Of a stretch of DNA of 64,000 nucleotides, positions 47,526 to 57,920 are shown in pieces. Origin of the DNA: Erysipelotrichaceae bacterium (GTDB lineage: Bacteria; Bacillota_I; Bacilli_A; RFN20; CAG-826); NCBI GenBank assembly GCA_015059065.1, contig SVBE01000006.1, positions 4,412 to 68,411 of the forward strand, written 5' to 3'. Numbering within the stretch: position 1 is the first letter of the stretch; every line of letters starts with the position of its first letter. Both the position numbers and the translations under genes were made by a program. The notes under the pieces were generated by a model. That model was given only the letters and a program-made list of their open reading frames with translations, ran no database searches and had not been told where the DNA came from.

Positions 47526-48529
47526 TGGATAAAAAACTTCCTGACATCATTAAAAGCGAAGGCAAAAAATATCAGAAAGAATATCGCAAGATTGTTAAAG
47601 CGATAGAGAAATATGATAAGATTGCCATCTTTCGTCATACCACTCCTGACTATGATGCATTAGGTAGTCAACTAGGCTTTGCCAGTTGGATTAAAGATAA
47701 TTTCCCAAATAAAGAAGTGATCTGTTTAGGCGATAACCACTATAGTTACACTCCTCGCGTCTTCAAAGAGATGGATCGGGTGAACGCTAATTGGTTTGAT
47801 GATCCCGTTTTAGCGATACTTGTAGATGTGGCCAATACTCCACGTGTTGCCGATCCAAGATTCAAAAAAGCCAAATATAAGATCAGAATCGACCACCACC
47901 CACAAGTCGAAAACTGGGGCAAAGTCATTTTGATCGATGAGACATATGTGGCCTGTGCGGAGATACTTGGTAATATGTTCTTATCTCTTCGAGATAAATA
48001 TGTTCTTTCTGAAGAAACAGCGAGAAATCTCTATATCGGTATCGTCGGAGATTCAGGAGGATTTAGATATCAACACACTGAACCTCGTACCTTCTATATC
48101 GCTGGTGAACTTGTGAAGACTGGTTTTAATGTTACTGAAGTCACCCAAAACATGTTTTTAAAGCCACGTAACGATTTGGATTTAAAGAAATACATCCTCA
48201 ATAATTACCAAGAAAGTGAGCATGGTGTCGCTTATTATATCCTCACAGATAAGATTCAAAAAGAACTCGGTATTGAAACCGAACAAGGTAAAGAAAGCAT
48301 CAATATCTTCGCTAATATCGAAGGTATCAATGCTTGGGTTTCCGCTACTGAAGATGTCGATGATCCAGTCTGGAAGTGGCGTATCTCATTAAGAAGTAAA
48401 AATACTCCTATTAATGGAGTAGCGGCAAATTATAATGGCGGAGGTCACGAAAATGCCTCAGGTGCCAAACTTAAAAAGATTGAGCAATTACCAGCTCTAA
48501 TCAAAGACTTAGACGAATTATTTAAATAA
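47525..48529 (+). CDS. nrnA: DHH/DHHA1 phosphoesterase (NrnA-like nanoRNase / pAp phosphatase)
   Basis: DHH motifs (FRHTTPDYDALGS, DHH, GGGHENASG in DHHA1); start overlaps ackA stop (taATGg). Confidence 0.8.
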   Translation: MDKKLPDIIKSEGKKYQKEYRKIVKAIEKYDKIAIFRHTTPDYDALGSQLGFASWIKDNFPNKEVICLGDNHYSYTPRVFKEMDRVNANWFDDPVLAILVDVANTPRVADPRFKKAKYKIRIDHHPQVENWGKVILIDETYVACAEILGNMFLSLRDKYVLSEETARNLYIGIVGDSGGFRYQHTEPRTFYIAGELVKTGFNVTEVTQNMFLKPRNDLDLKKYILNNYQESEHGVAYYILTDKIQKELGIETEQGKESINIFANIEGINAWVSATEDVDDPVWKWRISLRSKNTPINGVAANYNGGGHENASGAKLKKIEQLPALIKDLDELFK

Positions 48530-48534
48530 TATTT

Positions 48535-51500
48535 ATGACTTTTGCTCCTCTTCACATCATAAGTGGATATTCTTTTCTTAAAAGCGGATTAACGATTGAA
48601 AAAATCGTTAAAGCGATCAAAGAAAACGATTATTTTGGTGCGGCTATAACCGATGAGCAAGTGCTATACGGCGTTCCTAAATTCATCAAAATGATGGACG
48701 ACATCAAAAAGCCATATCTCGTCGGTATGGAAATGAACTTTGAAGGAGACTCTATCAGCGTATACGCGACTAGTGAGGAAGGATATCAAAACCTCTGCTT
48801 ATTATCTGCATCCGTGCAGAAGCAAGGGGATAGCAAATCGTTATTAAAAAATAACCATCAAGGTCTCATTGGAATACTTTCCACTAACGAAGGTTCTTTT
48901 AAAGATAAATTCAATCAAGAAATCGATACGAAATTCACCAAATATCTTCTTGAAGTATCAAGAATGTTCGATGCTTTTTATCTCGGAGTAGAAGTCACTT
49001 CAAAAGAAGAAGTACATTATGCGAATAAAGTTAGAGAATTCGCGAATGAATATACTTATTCCACGATCGCTTTTCCTCGTATCCTTTATTTAAATAAAGA
49101 GGATGCCATTATTTTAGATATCCTTCACGCGATTGACTTTAACGAAAAGATTAATGTGAAAACTAAATCTGGTCAGCACTATTTCATGAAGGAAAATGAT
49201 TATCAAAAGATATATAGCAAAAGCGAGCTACAAAACACCGTCGAAATAGTGAAATCTTCTACTCTCAACTTCAAAAAGAAAAGAGGAGAAATGCTCCACT
49301 TTCCTGTTAACAATTCCATTCAAACCTTAAAAGATAAGGTCTATGAAGGATTAAAAGAAAGAAATATTGATAACGAGACATATAAAAAACGTGCAGATTA
49401 TGAAATAAGCGTCATCACCTCTATGGGATTCGCCGATTACTTTCTCATCGTTCAAGACTATATCAAATATGCTGAAGAGCACGATATCTTAGTCGGTCCT
49501 GGAAGAGGTTCCGCCGCGGGTTCATTAGTTTCATATTGTTTAGGCATCACGAAAGTCGATCCCATCAAATACAATTTGCAGTTTGAACGCTTCTTAAACC
49601 CAGGAAGAAAATCAATGCCGGATATCGACGTTGACTTCATGGATATCAGAAGAAATGAAATGATTGATTATATGAGAGAGAAATATGGGGAAAATAGGGT
49701 CGCCCAAATCTCCACTTTCCAAACAATCATGGCTAAACAAGCTCTAAGAGATGTCGGAAGAATCTATGAATATCACGATTGGCTCGTCGACAATTTATCA
49801 AAAGCTATCACCAATCCAAAACTCGATCTCGCCAGTGCATATCGCACTTTGCCTGCTTTTAAAAAGCTCGTCGACAGCGACCCATATTATTTAGAGATCG
49901 TCTCTTTAGCCAGAAAGATTGAAGGTTTACCGCGTCAAAACGGATTACACGCCGCGGGTATTATTTTAAATAATACTCCGATGGAAAATTGCTTACCTAT
50001 TACCTATGATATCGATGACCACTATGTCACACAATTTGAATCGATCTATCTAGAAGAGCAAGGCTTTTTAAAGATGGACTTCCTCTCTTTAAGAAACCTT
50101 ACTACTATCGATTACTGCGTTAAGCTCATCAATCAAAGAAATCCTGGTTTACATCTCGATCCTAAGCATATCGATTTCGATAAACCAGAAACCTATGAAT
50201 TAATCTCTAAAGGTCAATTAACCGGTGTTTTCCAACTCGAAAGTGCGGGTATGAGAAGAGCGATACAAACGATTAAACCAACGCGTTTTGAAGATGTCGT
50301 AGCCGTCATCTCTTTATTTAGACCAGGACCAATGGATTCAATTCCTTCATACGCAAGGCGTAAAAACGGATTAGAACCTGTGAAATATATCTCTAATGAC
50401 CTCAAAGAGGTCCTTGAAGATACATATGGCATTCTCACCTATCAAGAACAAGTCACTGGAGTGGCGATGAAGATGGCGGGTTTTTCCATCTCGGAAGCTG
50501 ATTTATTTAGACGTGGTATCTCTAAAAAGAAAGCCGATGTCTTAAAAGCTATGGAAGAGAAATTCCTTTTGGGATGTAAGAAGAACGGCTATTCGGATAA
50601 GCTCAGCCGCACTGTCTATCAAGCGATTATGAAATTCGCTAATTATGGCTTTAATAAATCTCATGCGGCTGTTTATGCTTATCTAGCTTGTGAAATGGCC
50701 TATTTAAAAGCCCATTATCCTCTCGAATTCTATGCTTCCATCATGATGACAGCATATTCCACTAACGATTCTAAATTCGCCGAATATGTCTCGGAAATGC
50801 GTAGTCGAAATATCCCTGTCTATCTACCAGATATCAACATCAGTGAAAAAGAATTCTTCATTTATGAAGATGGCTTGATGTATCCTCTTGGAGAAATCAG
50901 AGGAATCAACTATATCTTAGTTAACAATATCCTTGAAGAAAGAAAAGAAAATGGTCCATTTAAAGACTATTTCAACTTTATCGTCAGGATGTTTAAATAT
51001 GGCATCAGTGAATCGAGTTTAACTCATCTCATCAAAGCGGGCGTCTTTGATAAATTCAATCCATCAAGAGCTTCTCTTCTCGCTTCTATCACTAAAGGGT
51101 TACAGTACGCTGAAATCATCTCCAATGGACATGGTCAAGTGCTTTTAGATGAATCTTTAATACCTCCACCAGAATTATTAAAGGTGGAAGATAATCCTCT
51201 TGATAACCTCAATGATGAATATGAAGCTTTGGGTATCATGCTCAGCAATAATCCTCTCTCATATCGACAAGATTTATATGATAAATATAATCTCGTCCCT
51301 TTAAGTGAGGCAAATGAAACTAGAGGAACATTTAAAGTGATGGGTATAGTTAAATCCGTCAAAGTGATCAATACCAAAAAAGGCACTCCAATGGCCTTCG
51401 TTAAACTATTCGATCAATCAGCAGAACTAGAAACCACTATTTTCTCTGACCTTTATAGCGATAATATGGCCTATATTAAAAAGAACAACATCCTTCTATT

Positions 51501-51573
51501 AGAAGGTAGCAATAAAACTAACAAAGGAGAGACGAGTTTTATCGTTAGTACGATTGAACTTATCGAGCAATAA
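48535..51573 (+). CDS. dnaE: DNA polymerase III alpha subunit (DnaE type)
   Basis: N-terminal PHP domain (PLHIISGYSFLKSG), polymerase core with GRGSAAGSLVSYCLGIT and PDIDVDF motifs, C-terminal OB fold; 1012 aa. Confidence 0.9.
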   Translation: MTFAPLHIISGYSFLKSGLTIEKIVKAIKENDYFGAAITDEQVLYGVPKFIKMMDDIKKPYLVGMEMNFEGDSISVYATSEEGYQNLCLLSASVQKQGDSKSLLKNNHQGLIGILSTNEGSFKDKFNQEIDTKFTKYLLEVSRMFDAFYLGVEVTSKEEVHYANKVREFANEYTYSTIAFPRILYLNKEDAIILDILHAIDFNEKINVKTKSGQHYFMKENDYQKIYSKSELQNTVEIVKSSTLNFKKKRGEMLHFPVNNSIQTLKDKVYEGLKERNIDNETYKKRADYEISVITSMGFADYFLIVQDYIKYAEEHDILVGPGRGSAAGSLVSYCLGITKVDPIKYNLQFERFLNPGRKSMPDIDVDFMDIRRNEMIDYMREKYGENRVAQISTFQTIMAKQALRDVGRIYEYHDWLVDNLSKAITNPKLDLASAYRTLPAFKKLVDSDPYYLEIVSLARKIEGLPRQNGLHAAGIILNNTPMENCLPITYDIDDHYVTQFESIYLEEQGFLKMDFLSLRNLTTIDYCVKLINQRNPGLHLDPKHIDFDKPETYELISKGQLTGVFQLESAGMRRAIQTIKPTRFEDVVAVISLFRPGPMDSIPSYARRKNGLEPVKYISNDLKEVLEDTYGILTYQEQVTGVAMKMAGFSISEADLFRRGISKKKADVLKAMEEKFLLGCKKNGYSDKLSRTVYQAIMKFANYGFNKSHAAVYAYLACEMAYLKAHYPLEFYASIMMTAYSTNDSKFAEYVSEMRSRNIPVYLPDINISEKEFFIYEDGLMYPLGEIRGINYILVNNILEERKENGPFKDYFNFIVRMFKYGISESSLTHLIKAGVFDKFNPSRASLLASITKGLQYAEIISNGHGQVLLDESLIPPPELLKVEDNPLDNLNDEYEALGIMLSNNPLSYRQDLYDKYNLVPLSEANETRGTFKVMGIVKSVKVINTKKGTPMAFVKLFDQSAELETTIFSDLYSDNMAYIKKNNILLLEGSNKTNKGETSFIVSTIELIEQ

Positions 51574-51575
51574 TT

Positions 51576-54161
51576 ATGAAGAAAATTACAATTATCGATG
51601 GTTATTCCCTCTTATTCCGCGCTTATTACGCGACCGCCTATCCAGGTGTGGAAATCATGAGAAGCCCACAAGGCATCCCCACTAATGCAATCTTTGCTTT
51701 CTCCAATATGATGATTAAAATCCTCAATAATGCAAAAGAAGGAGAAGCAATATTTGTCGCTCTTGATACTGGCGGAATCACCTTTAGAAAAGAACAATTA
51801 GATTCCTATAAAGCAAACCGTAAGCCTTGTCCTGAGGATTTAAAAACACAGTTCCCGATCGCTAGAGATTTATTAGATAGTCTCGGTGTTTTCCATTATG
51901 AAAAAGAAGGCTTTGAAGGTGATGATATCGCTGGTACTGTCGCTAAAAAAGCGGAAGAAGCAGGATACGAAGTTTTAATCTATACAAGCGATAAAGATTA
52001 TTTGCAGTTAATCGATGATAAAATCACCGTAAATATCATCCGTAAAGGTTTATCAGATACGATGTTGATGACCCCCACAAGTGTCAAAGAAACATATGGT
52101 TTTGACCCAATTAATATCATTGATTACAAGGGTCTTAGAGGCGATCCAAGTGATAACCTACCAGGCATACCAGGTGTCGGAGAGAAAACCGCAGTGGCTC
52201 TCATCCAACAATATAACAATTTTGATAACATCATCGCTCACGCAGATGAGATAAAAGGCAAGCTTGGAGAAAACATTAGAAACAACGCTGAACAAGGTCG
52301 CGTATCTCGTGACCTAGCCATCATTCAAACCGATGTCGCTCTTCCTTTTAAAATCGATGAACTTGAATATAAAGGTTATGAATTTGATAAACTCAATGCC
52401 TTTGCCCAACAGTTCTCCTTAAAACAACTGATGAACAAAATTCCTCAGAAATGGAAAAAGACTTCAATGGACGAAGTTGAAATTAATCCACATACAGTCA
52501 CTTCTTTTAAAGACATAAAAGTTAAAGACAAAATCGGTATTGCAATTGATCTTGACGGCAATTATTCTATTGACCCCGTCAATGGTATCGCCATTTGTGA
52601 TGATAATGATACATATTACATTTCTATCGATGATGCCAAAAATGATGAAGCACTTAAAAAACTTTTAGAAGATCCATCGATTAAGAAATATTGTTTTGAT
52701 TATAAAGCGATCAAAGTCGCATTAAGTAGATACGATATCAAAATCGAAGGATTGGCTTTCGATGTATTAATTGCTGCTTATTTATTAGATAGTTCTTTAA
52801 AGAATAACATCTTCCAAGCAATGAATGCTTTTGGAGTGGACCTACAAAAAGAAGAAGTAACTTTATTTAACGCAAATAACGATAAATTTACTGCAAAAGT
52901 CGCGTATTTCTCCCTCCATTTATATGAAAAAGCTTATATGGAACTCGAGAAGATCAACGCTGTTACTCTCTTTAATGAACTCGAACTTCCTCTCACATCT
53001 ACCTTAGCAGAGATGGAAATTGAAGGATTCCCGATCGACGTCACTATCCTTGATAATTTCGGTCAGGAATATAAAGAAAAGATCAACCAATTAACTAAGG
53101 AGATTCATGCTCTCGCGGGAGAATCGTTTAATATCGCTTCTCCAAAACAAGTTGGTGAAATCCTCTATAACAAATTAGGTTTAAAAGGTAATAAAAATTC
53201 ATCCACTTCTTTTGATAATTTAAAAGAACTCATCGATGAACACCCAATCATTGAAAAACTATTAGAGTATCGCAAATACGCGAAACTATTATCGACTTAT
53301 GTTGAAGGCATTAAGCCGCATGTTCATAGTGACGGCAAAATCCACGCGCACTTCAATCAAACACAGACCACAACAGGAAGACTATCTAGTTCTGAACCTA
53401 ATCTTCAAAACATATCCATTAGAGATGAGGAAGGCAAATTGATTAGAAAAGCATTCTATTATCCAAATCACGAATATGAGATTCTCTCTTTAGATTATTC
53501 GCAAATTGAGCTCCGCATCCTCGCTTATCTCTCAAACTGTGAACCGTTAAAGAAAGTGTTCATGTCAAACACTGATATCCATACTGCAACCGCCAGTGCG
53601 GTCTTCCATGTTAACCAACCTACATATGCACAAAGAAGGCAAGCCAAAGCTGTGAATTTTGGCATCATCTACGGCATCTCTGATTTCGGTCTTGCAGAAC
53701 AAATTGGAGTCTCTACAAAAGAGGCGCGAACAATCATCAACGAATTCTATTCAAATTATCCTGAAGTCGCTAATTTCTTCAACAATATCGTTAACGAAGC
53801 AAGAGACAATGGATATGTCTCCACTCTCACCAATCGCAGAAGATATCTACGCGAAATCTATGATGCTAATTATCAAGTGAGAGAATTCGCTAAACGTGCC
53901 GCGATGAATGCTCCAATCCAAGGCACTGCTGCAGACTTAATCAAAATCTCGATGATCAAGGTCAATAAAGCTCTTAAAGAAGGTGGCTATAAAACAAAGA
54001 TGGTTCTACAAATCCATGACGAACTAATCTTTAAAGTCCCAAAAGAAGAAAAAGATGAAGTATATAAACTCATTAAAAATATTATGGAACACGCGATTGA
54101 AATCAATGTTCCTTTAGAAGTCGATGGAGGATTTGGAGAAGATTGGTACTCCTGTAAATAG
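51576..54161 (+). CDS. polA: DNA polymerase I
   Basis: 5'-3' exonuclease (FEN) N-terminus, central 3'-5' exo-like domain, family A polymerase motifs (DYSQIELRILAYLS, QIHDELIF); 861 aa. Confidence 0.95.
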   Translation: MKKITIIDGYSLLFRAYYATAYPGVEIMRSPQGIPTNAIFAFSNMMIKILNNAKEGEAIFVALDTGGITFRKEQLDSYKANRKPCPEDLKTQFPIARDLLDSLGVFHYEKEGFEGDDIAGTVAKKAEEAGYEVLIYTSDKDYLQLIDDKITVNIIRKGLSDTMLMTPTSVKETYGFDPINIIDYKGLRGDPSDNLPGIPGVGEKTAVALIQQYNNFDNIIAHADEIKGKLGENIRNNAEQGRVSRDLAIIQTDVALPFKIDELEYKGYEFDKLNAFAQQFSLKQLMNKIPQKWKKTSMDEVEINPHTVTSFKDIKVKDKIGIAIDLDGNYSIDPVNGIAICDDNDTYYISIDDAKNDEALKKLLEDPSIKKYCFDYKAIKVALSRYDIKIEGLAFDVLIAAYLLDSSLKNNIFQAMNAFGVDLQKEEVTLFNANNDKFTAKVAYFSLHLYEKAYMELEKINAVTLFNELELPLTSTLAEMEIEGFPIDVTILDNFGQEYKEKINQLTKEIHALAGESFNIASPKQVGEILYNKLGLKGNKNSSTSFDNLKELIDEHPIIEKLLEYRKYAKLLSTYVEGIKPHVHSDGKIHAHFNQTQTTTGRLSSSEPNLQNISIRDEEGKLIRKAFYYPNHEYEILSLDYSQIELRILAYLSNCEPLKKVFMSNTDIHTATASAVFHVNQPTYAQRRQAKAVNFGIIYGISDFGLAEQIGVSTKEARTIINEFYSNYPEVANFFNNIVNEARDNGYVSTLTNRRRYLREIYDANYQVREFAKRAAMNAPIQGTAADLIKISMIKVNKALKEGGYKTKMVLQIHDELIFKVPKEEKDEVYKLIKNIMEHAIEINVPLEVDGGFGEDWYSCK

Positions 54162-54163
54162 TT

Positions 54164-55573
54164 ATGCCTGAATTACCTGAAGTTGAAACAGTTAAAAATC
54201 TCTTAAACAAAATAGTCCCTGGTAGGACGATAAAGTCCATCGATGTTTTAAGATCCTCTAATATCGAAGGGGATCCCACTACTTTTGTTAATACTCTTGT
54301 TGGACAAACTTATCATAATGTCACTCGCATTGGTAAATTCTTAATCTTTCATCTATCTAATAATCTCGTCATCATCTCCCATTTAAGAATGGAAGGCAAA
54401 TATTATGAATATGATGAAGGAGAAGATAACAGCAAATATGCGCGCATTGTCTTTCATCTCGACAACAATAAAAAGCTCATCTACGACGATTCGCGTTGTT
54501 TCGGCTTTATGAAACTCGCGGATGAAGATAGTTATCTTTTAGATAAAGGATTAGCAAAGCTCGGTCCCGAACCATTCGTGGTTAATGATGCGACCCCTAT
54601 CTATAAAAAAGCCCAGAAACTGCGTATACCGATTAAATCTGCCCTATTATCTCAAGAATTGATTACTGGGTTAGGCAACATCTATGTCGATGAAACTCTT
54701 TACGCTAGTAATATTCATCCACATACCCCAACTTACTTAATAAGTAAAAACGATTGGAAGGTCATCATCAAAAGCGCTTCCGAGGTGATGAATAAAGCTA
54801 TCCAAATGGGCGGCTCAACAATCAAGAGTTATCATCCTGGAAAGGATATTGATGGTAATTTCCAAAACGAAATAAAAATATACGGCAAAGCTGGTGCGAT
54901 ATGCCCAATATGTGGGAAGAAGTTTAGATTTATCACTACTGGTGGTCGAGGCACGACTTTCTGTCCGTCTTGTCAAAAGAAATTAGGTACACCTCTTAAT
55001 ATCGCTCTTACAGGCAAAATCGCTTCTGGAAAATCAGAAGTATTAAATGTATTTAAAGAAAACGGTTATTATACGATATCAACTGATGAAATCGTCGCTT
55101 CTTTATATAAAAATAAAGATATCGCTAAAAAGATTTCTAAGATGTTTTCAATCTCTTTTATTAATGACGAAGTTGATAAATCAATCCTTAGAAATCATTT
55201 AAAAGATAATCCAAAAGATAAAAAGAAATTAGAACGCTTCATCCACCCATTAGTGGAAAAAGAAACAGCGCGCTTATTATCTTTAGATAAAAACGATATT
55301 CGCGTTGTCGAAGTCCCTCTATTATTCGAATCGAAGATGGACCGTATGTTTGATAGCATTATTATCACCGAAAGCAAAAAGGAAAACCGTCTCAAACATC
55401 AAAAAAATAGAGACGGAGATAAGGCCTCTATTTTAGAAAAAATCAATGAATCTAATGTGATCGATGAACATCGTTTAGAAGCAGAATTCATCATTAATAA
55501 TGATGGGAATCTAAAAGAGCTTCAAAAACAAGTACAAAATATCATCAATAAATTGAAATCTCGCCTAGGTTAA
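54164..55573 (+). CDS. mutM-coaE: Fused formamidopyrimidine-DNA glycosylase (Fpg/MutM) and dephospho-CoA kinase (CoaE) in one reading frame
   Basis: N-terminal MPELPEVETV (Pro2 and Glu3 catalytic) through zinc finger CPICGKKFRFITTGGRGTTFCPSCQ. This continues without a stop into a CoaE-like P-loop IALTGKIASGKSEV and DxD region (...IISTDEI). Total 469 aa. Confidence 0.8.
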   Translation: MPELPEVETVKNLLNKIVPGRTIKSIDVLRSSNIEGDPTTFVNTLVGQTYHNVTRIGKFLIFHLSNNLVIISHLRMEGKYYEYDEGEDNSKYARIVFHLDNNKKLIYDDSRCFGFMKLADEDSYLLDKGLAKLGPEPFVVNDATPIYKKAQKLRIPIKSALLSQELITGLGNIYVDETLYASNIHPHTPTYLISKNDWKVIIKSASEVMNKAIQMGGSTIKSYHPGKDIDGNFQNEIKIYGKAGAICPICGKKFRFITTGGRGTTFCPSCQKKLGTPLNIALTGKIASGKSEVLNVFKENGYYTISTDEIVASLYKNKDIAKKISKMFSISFINDEVDKSILRNHLKDNPKDKKKLERFIHPLVEKETARLLSLDKNDIRVVEVPLLFESKMDRMFDSIIITESKKENRLKHQKNRDGDKASILEKINESNVIDEHRLEAEFIINNDGNLKELQKQVQNIINKLKSRLG

Positions 55574-56474
55574 CTTCTTCCTGGGCGTTATTTTTTATTA
55601 GCCTACCAATTTGCTTCGCTCTTAAGGCGGCAGATTTGCTCGTGCTATATAAAGTGACGATATCTTCAATCATGAAGTCGCTTGTGAAGATGGTGAATAA
55701 ATGAGCCGCGCTTCTTTTAGAGATGATTTCAAAGATGATCGAATCACGGATTAAATCATTTTTAAATTCGTTACCAAAATCATCGAGAACGAGAACATTG
55801 CAAGTGCAGTAAATGTCCATCAATCTTTGGAATCTCTCATTATTCTTATAGATTGCATCTGCTAATTCCTTCACTCTTTTCGCAGTATTGATAAAGCAGA
55901 TTGGTCCTTTCTTTCTATTAGCAAGGTCAACGGCAAATGTTGCTGCTAGATAACTACGACCACTATTTTGTTCTCCACAAAGATAAATCCAAGAAGCGGA
56001 TTCACCTTTAACATAGTTACCATATTTTTTAAGGGCTTTTGCTCTCGCACTTGATTCATCTAATGTTCTAATCTTGCTTTCAAGCCAGCTATCATCAAAA
56101 TCACGAATGCGGAATTCGTGGAGGAATTCATTTCTTTTGACGAGTTCTTTGCATGGTACAAGTTGACGGTCTAAGATGCCATCAACATAGACGATCTTAG
56201 TCACTAAATATGGATTATTCTTCGTGCATTTGCTCATGCCTGGGCATTTTTTACACGCGTTGATATCGCTGACAAAATCATAGATTTTATTGATATTTTT
56301 ATCGATGAGTTCATCATCAACTTTTAAAGAGGCAATGTATTTTTTCGCAGTTGGGCAATCCAAAAAGGCATCTTTCATCTTTTTGATAAGTGCTTCATTG
56401 TTACCAAACCTCGTCATCGCTTTAAGGCTTTCGTCTTTCGCGTTCTTGGCAATTTCTTCATTAAGCTTTTCCAT
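55545..56474 (-). CDS. dnaI: Primosomal helicase loader DnaI-like (AAA+), with atypical Walker A (GEQNSGRS)
   Basis: N-terminal Cys-rich Zn-binding region (CKKCPGMSKC..C), Walker A-like GEQNSGRS (Lys->Arg) and Walker B VLVLDDFGNE. Preferred start is the MEKLNEE Met preceded by GGAGGAG; start overlaps the upstream gene's stop. Confidence 0.75.
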   Translation of the reverse strand: MEKLNEEIAKNAKDESLKAMTRFGNNEALIKKMKDAFLDCPTAKKYIASLKVDDELIDKNINKIYDFVSDINACKKCPGMSKCTKNNPYLVTKIVYVDGILDRQLVPCKELVKRNEFLHEFRIRDFDDSWLESKIRTLDESSARAKALKKYGNYVKGESASWIYLCGEQNSGRSYLAATFAVDLANRKKGPICFINTAKRVKELADAIYKNNERFQRLMDIYCTCNVLVLDDFGNEFKNDLIRDSIIFEIISKRSAAHLFTIFTSDFMIEDIVTLYSTSKSAALRAKQIGRLIKNNAQEEVNLGEISIY

Positions 56475-57747
56475 TGTCGTCTCCTCCATCGATATCGATA
56501 TCATCTATTAATTGCTCCCAGTTGAGATTTTCATCCTTATCTTTACTATCTACTGTGACATAGTCATCATTGTCTTTGTTTTGGCTATTATGTCTTTCTT
56601 TACTACCCGAAGATATCTTCTTAAGATAATTCATCGCATCTAGTGTTGAAGTGATGCCTTCTCTTGCTAAAGAAGCCGCAACCTTTTCACAGTATGGTCG
56701 AGAAAGAACATTATTATTAGTGGTTAACACGTAATCGATAACCGCATTAATCACCGAATTATTCAGTCTAAATTTCTTGGAAATATTGTCGATTAGTTTT
56801 AAATCAGGGGTCGCAGGTTCACTACCGTTTTGTAAGATTGAGAGGAAATCTTTTGGGGAGATGCTCTCCATCAAATTAATCTTGCTCGCTAACGCTCCAG
56901 GAGAAGAGACAAACTTCGGCTTTGTGCTGACAGATTTAGAAGAGGATAAATATGCGATATTCGTCTCTTCCTGGAATGCTTTAGTGATATTTTCAAAATC
57001 CAAACGCTTTGCTTTTTCTACATTTGGATTATAGAAACTATTGATAATGGAAGCTGCTGTAACTTCATCAATGCCATATAAAGTGGCAAGTCTAGCGATT
57101 TCTTTAAGGTCTTTCTTTAAGAAAGCGTTTTCCCCGATTTGTCCGATTTGCGCTAATTCTTCAAATAATCTCTCATATGAGAATTTGGTTTCAATCTTCG
57201 CTTGATTACGTCCAGCAGCCTTGCTCGTTTTGATCGCTTTTAAGAATGCTGGATCTTCAAAATCAGGATGGAACACCTCTTGGAATGATGCCGAGATATC
57301 TTCGCCATTCTTGTTGAGGTTAGCGATGCTATAGATATTCTTTGCTCTTTGCGCTTCCTTTTCTCCAATGCATTTAATGAGTAATCCATAAAGGAGTGTG
57401 TCATTAAAGAAATCATTAGGGGTTTTTGGAGCGTATAACTCATAATGGAAAAATCTTCCATCATTGCTCGTTTCTAAATAGGTTTTAAGTAAACCTACGG
57501 CTTCTAATGCTTTACGCGCTTTAACGAATTCACCGACAGTGAACTGTGTCTTCACGAATAAGGATTCATGAGAGGCAGTTGGAACGATTCTTTGGTTATT
57601 AGCCTCACTCCAAAGAGTAAAAAATAAAGAAACCGCTTCATGACCGACTAACGGTTGATAAAGATTAACCATCGTATCACGGTCATACTCAGCGATGAGG
57701 GTGACAAGACGAACTGTAAATATATCTGTATTATGAATGAGTACCAT
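56461..57747 (-). CDS. Replication initiation and membrane attachment protein (B. subtilis DnaB-type / DnaD-domain protein)
   Basis: 428 aa with DnaD-like domain repeats, immediately upstream of and translationally coupled to dnaI, as in Firmicutes dnaB-dnaI operons; acidic C-terminus. Confidence 0.65.
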   Translation of the reverse strand: MVLIHNTDIFTVRLVTLIAEYDRDTMVNLYQPLVGHEAVSLFFTLWSEANNQRIVPTASHESLFVKTQFTVGEFVKARKALEAVGLLKTYLETSNDGRFFHYELYAPKTPNDFFNDTLLYGLLIKCIGEKEAQRAKNIYSIANLNKNGEDISASFQEVFHPDFEDPAFLKAIKTSKAAGRNQAKIETKFSYERLFEELAQIGQIGENAFLKKDLKEIARLATLYGIDEVTAASIINSFYNPNVEKAKRLDFENITKAFQEETNIAYLSSSKSVSTKPKFVSSPGALASKINLMESISPKDFLSILQNGSEPATPDLKLIDNISKKFRLNNSVINAVIDYVLTTNNNVLSRPYCEKVAASLAREGITSTLDAMNYLKKISSGSKERHNSQNKDNDDYVTVDSKDKDENLNWEQLIDDIDIDGGDDNGKA

Positions 57748-57834
57748 CTTGCCTCCTGAAAGTGTGAAACCATTATCCCATATAGTTAATTAACTATTCA
57801 AAAGGAAAAATAATGCACATATATTCCCTATGAG

Positions 57835-57920
57835 TTATCCACAGCAAATATCGAAATGATTTACTATGTAAATCTATACCTTAATTCACATACTTATCCA
57901 CATTGCATTTTGTGGAAAAC
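57835..57920. promoter_or_regulatory. Cluster of DnaA-box sequences (2x TTATCCACA consensus + one inverted degenerate TGTGGAAAA) in the dnaB-dnaI / pfkA divergent promoter region
   Basis: TTATCCACA at 57835..57843 and 57894..57902 (same orientation, 59 bp apart). tgtggaaaa at 57911..57919 is the reverse complement of TTTTCCACA. Confidence 0.6.
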
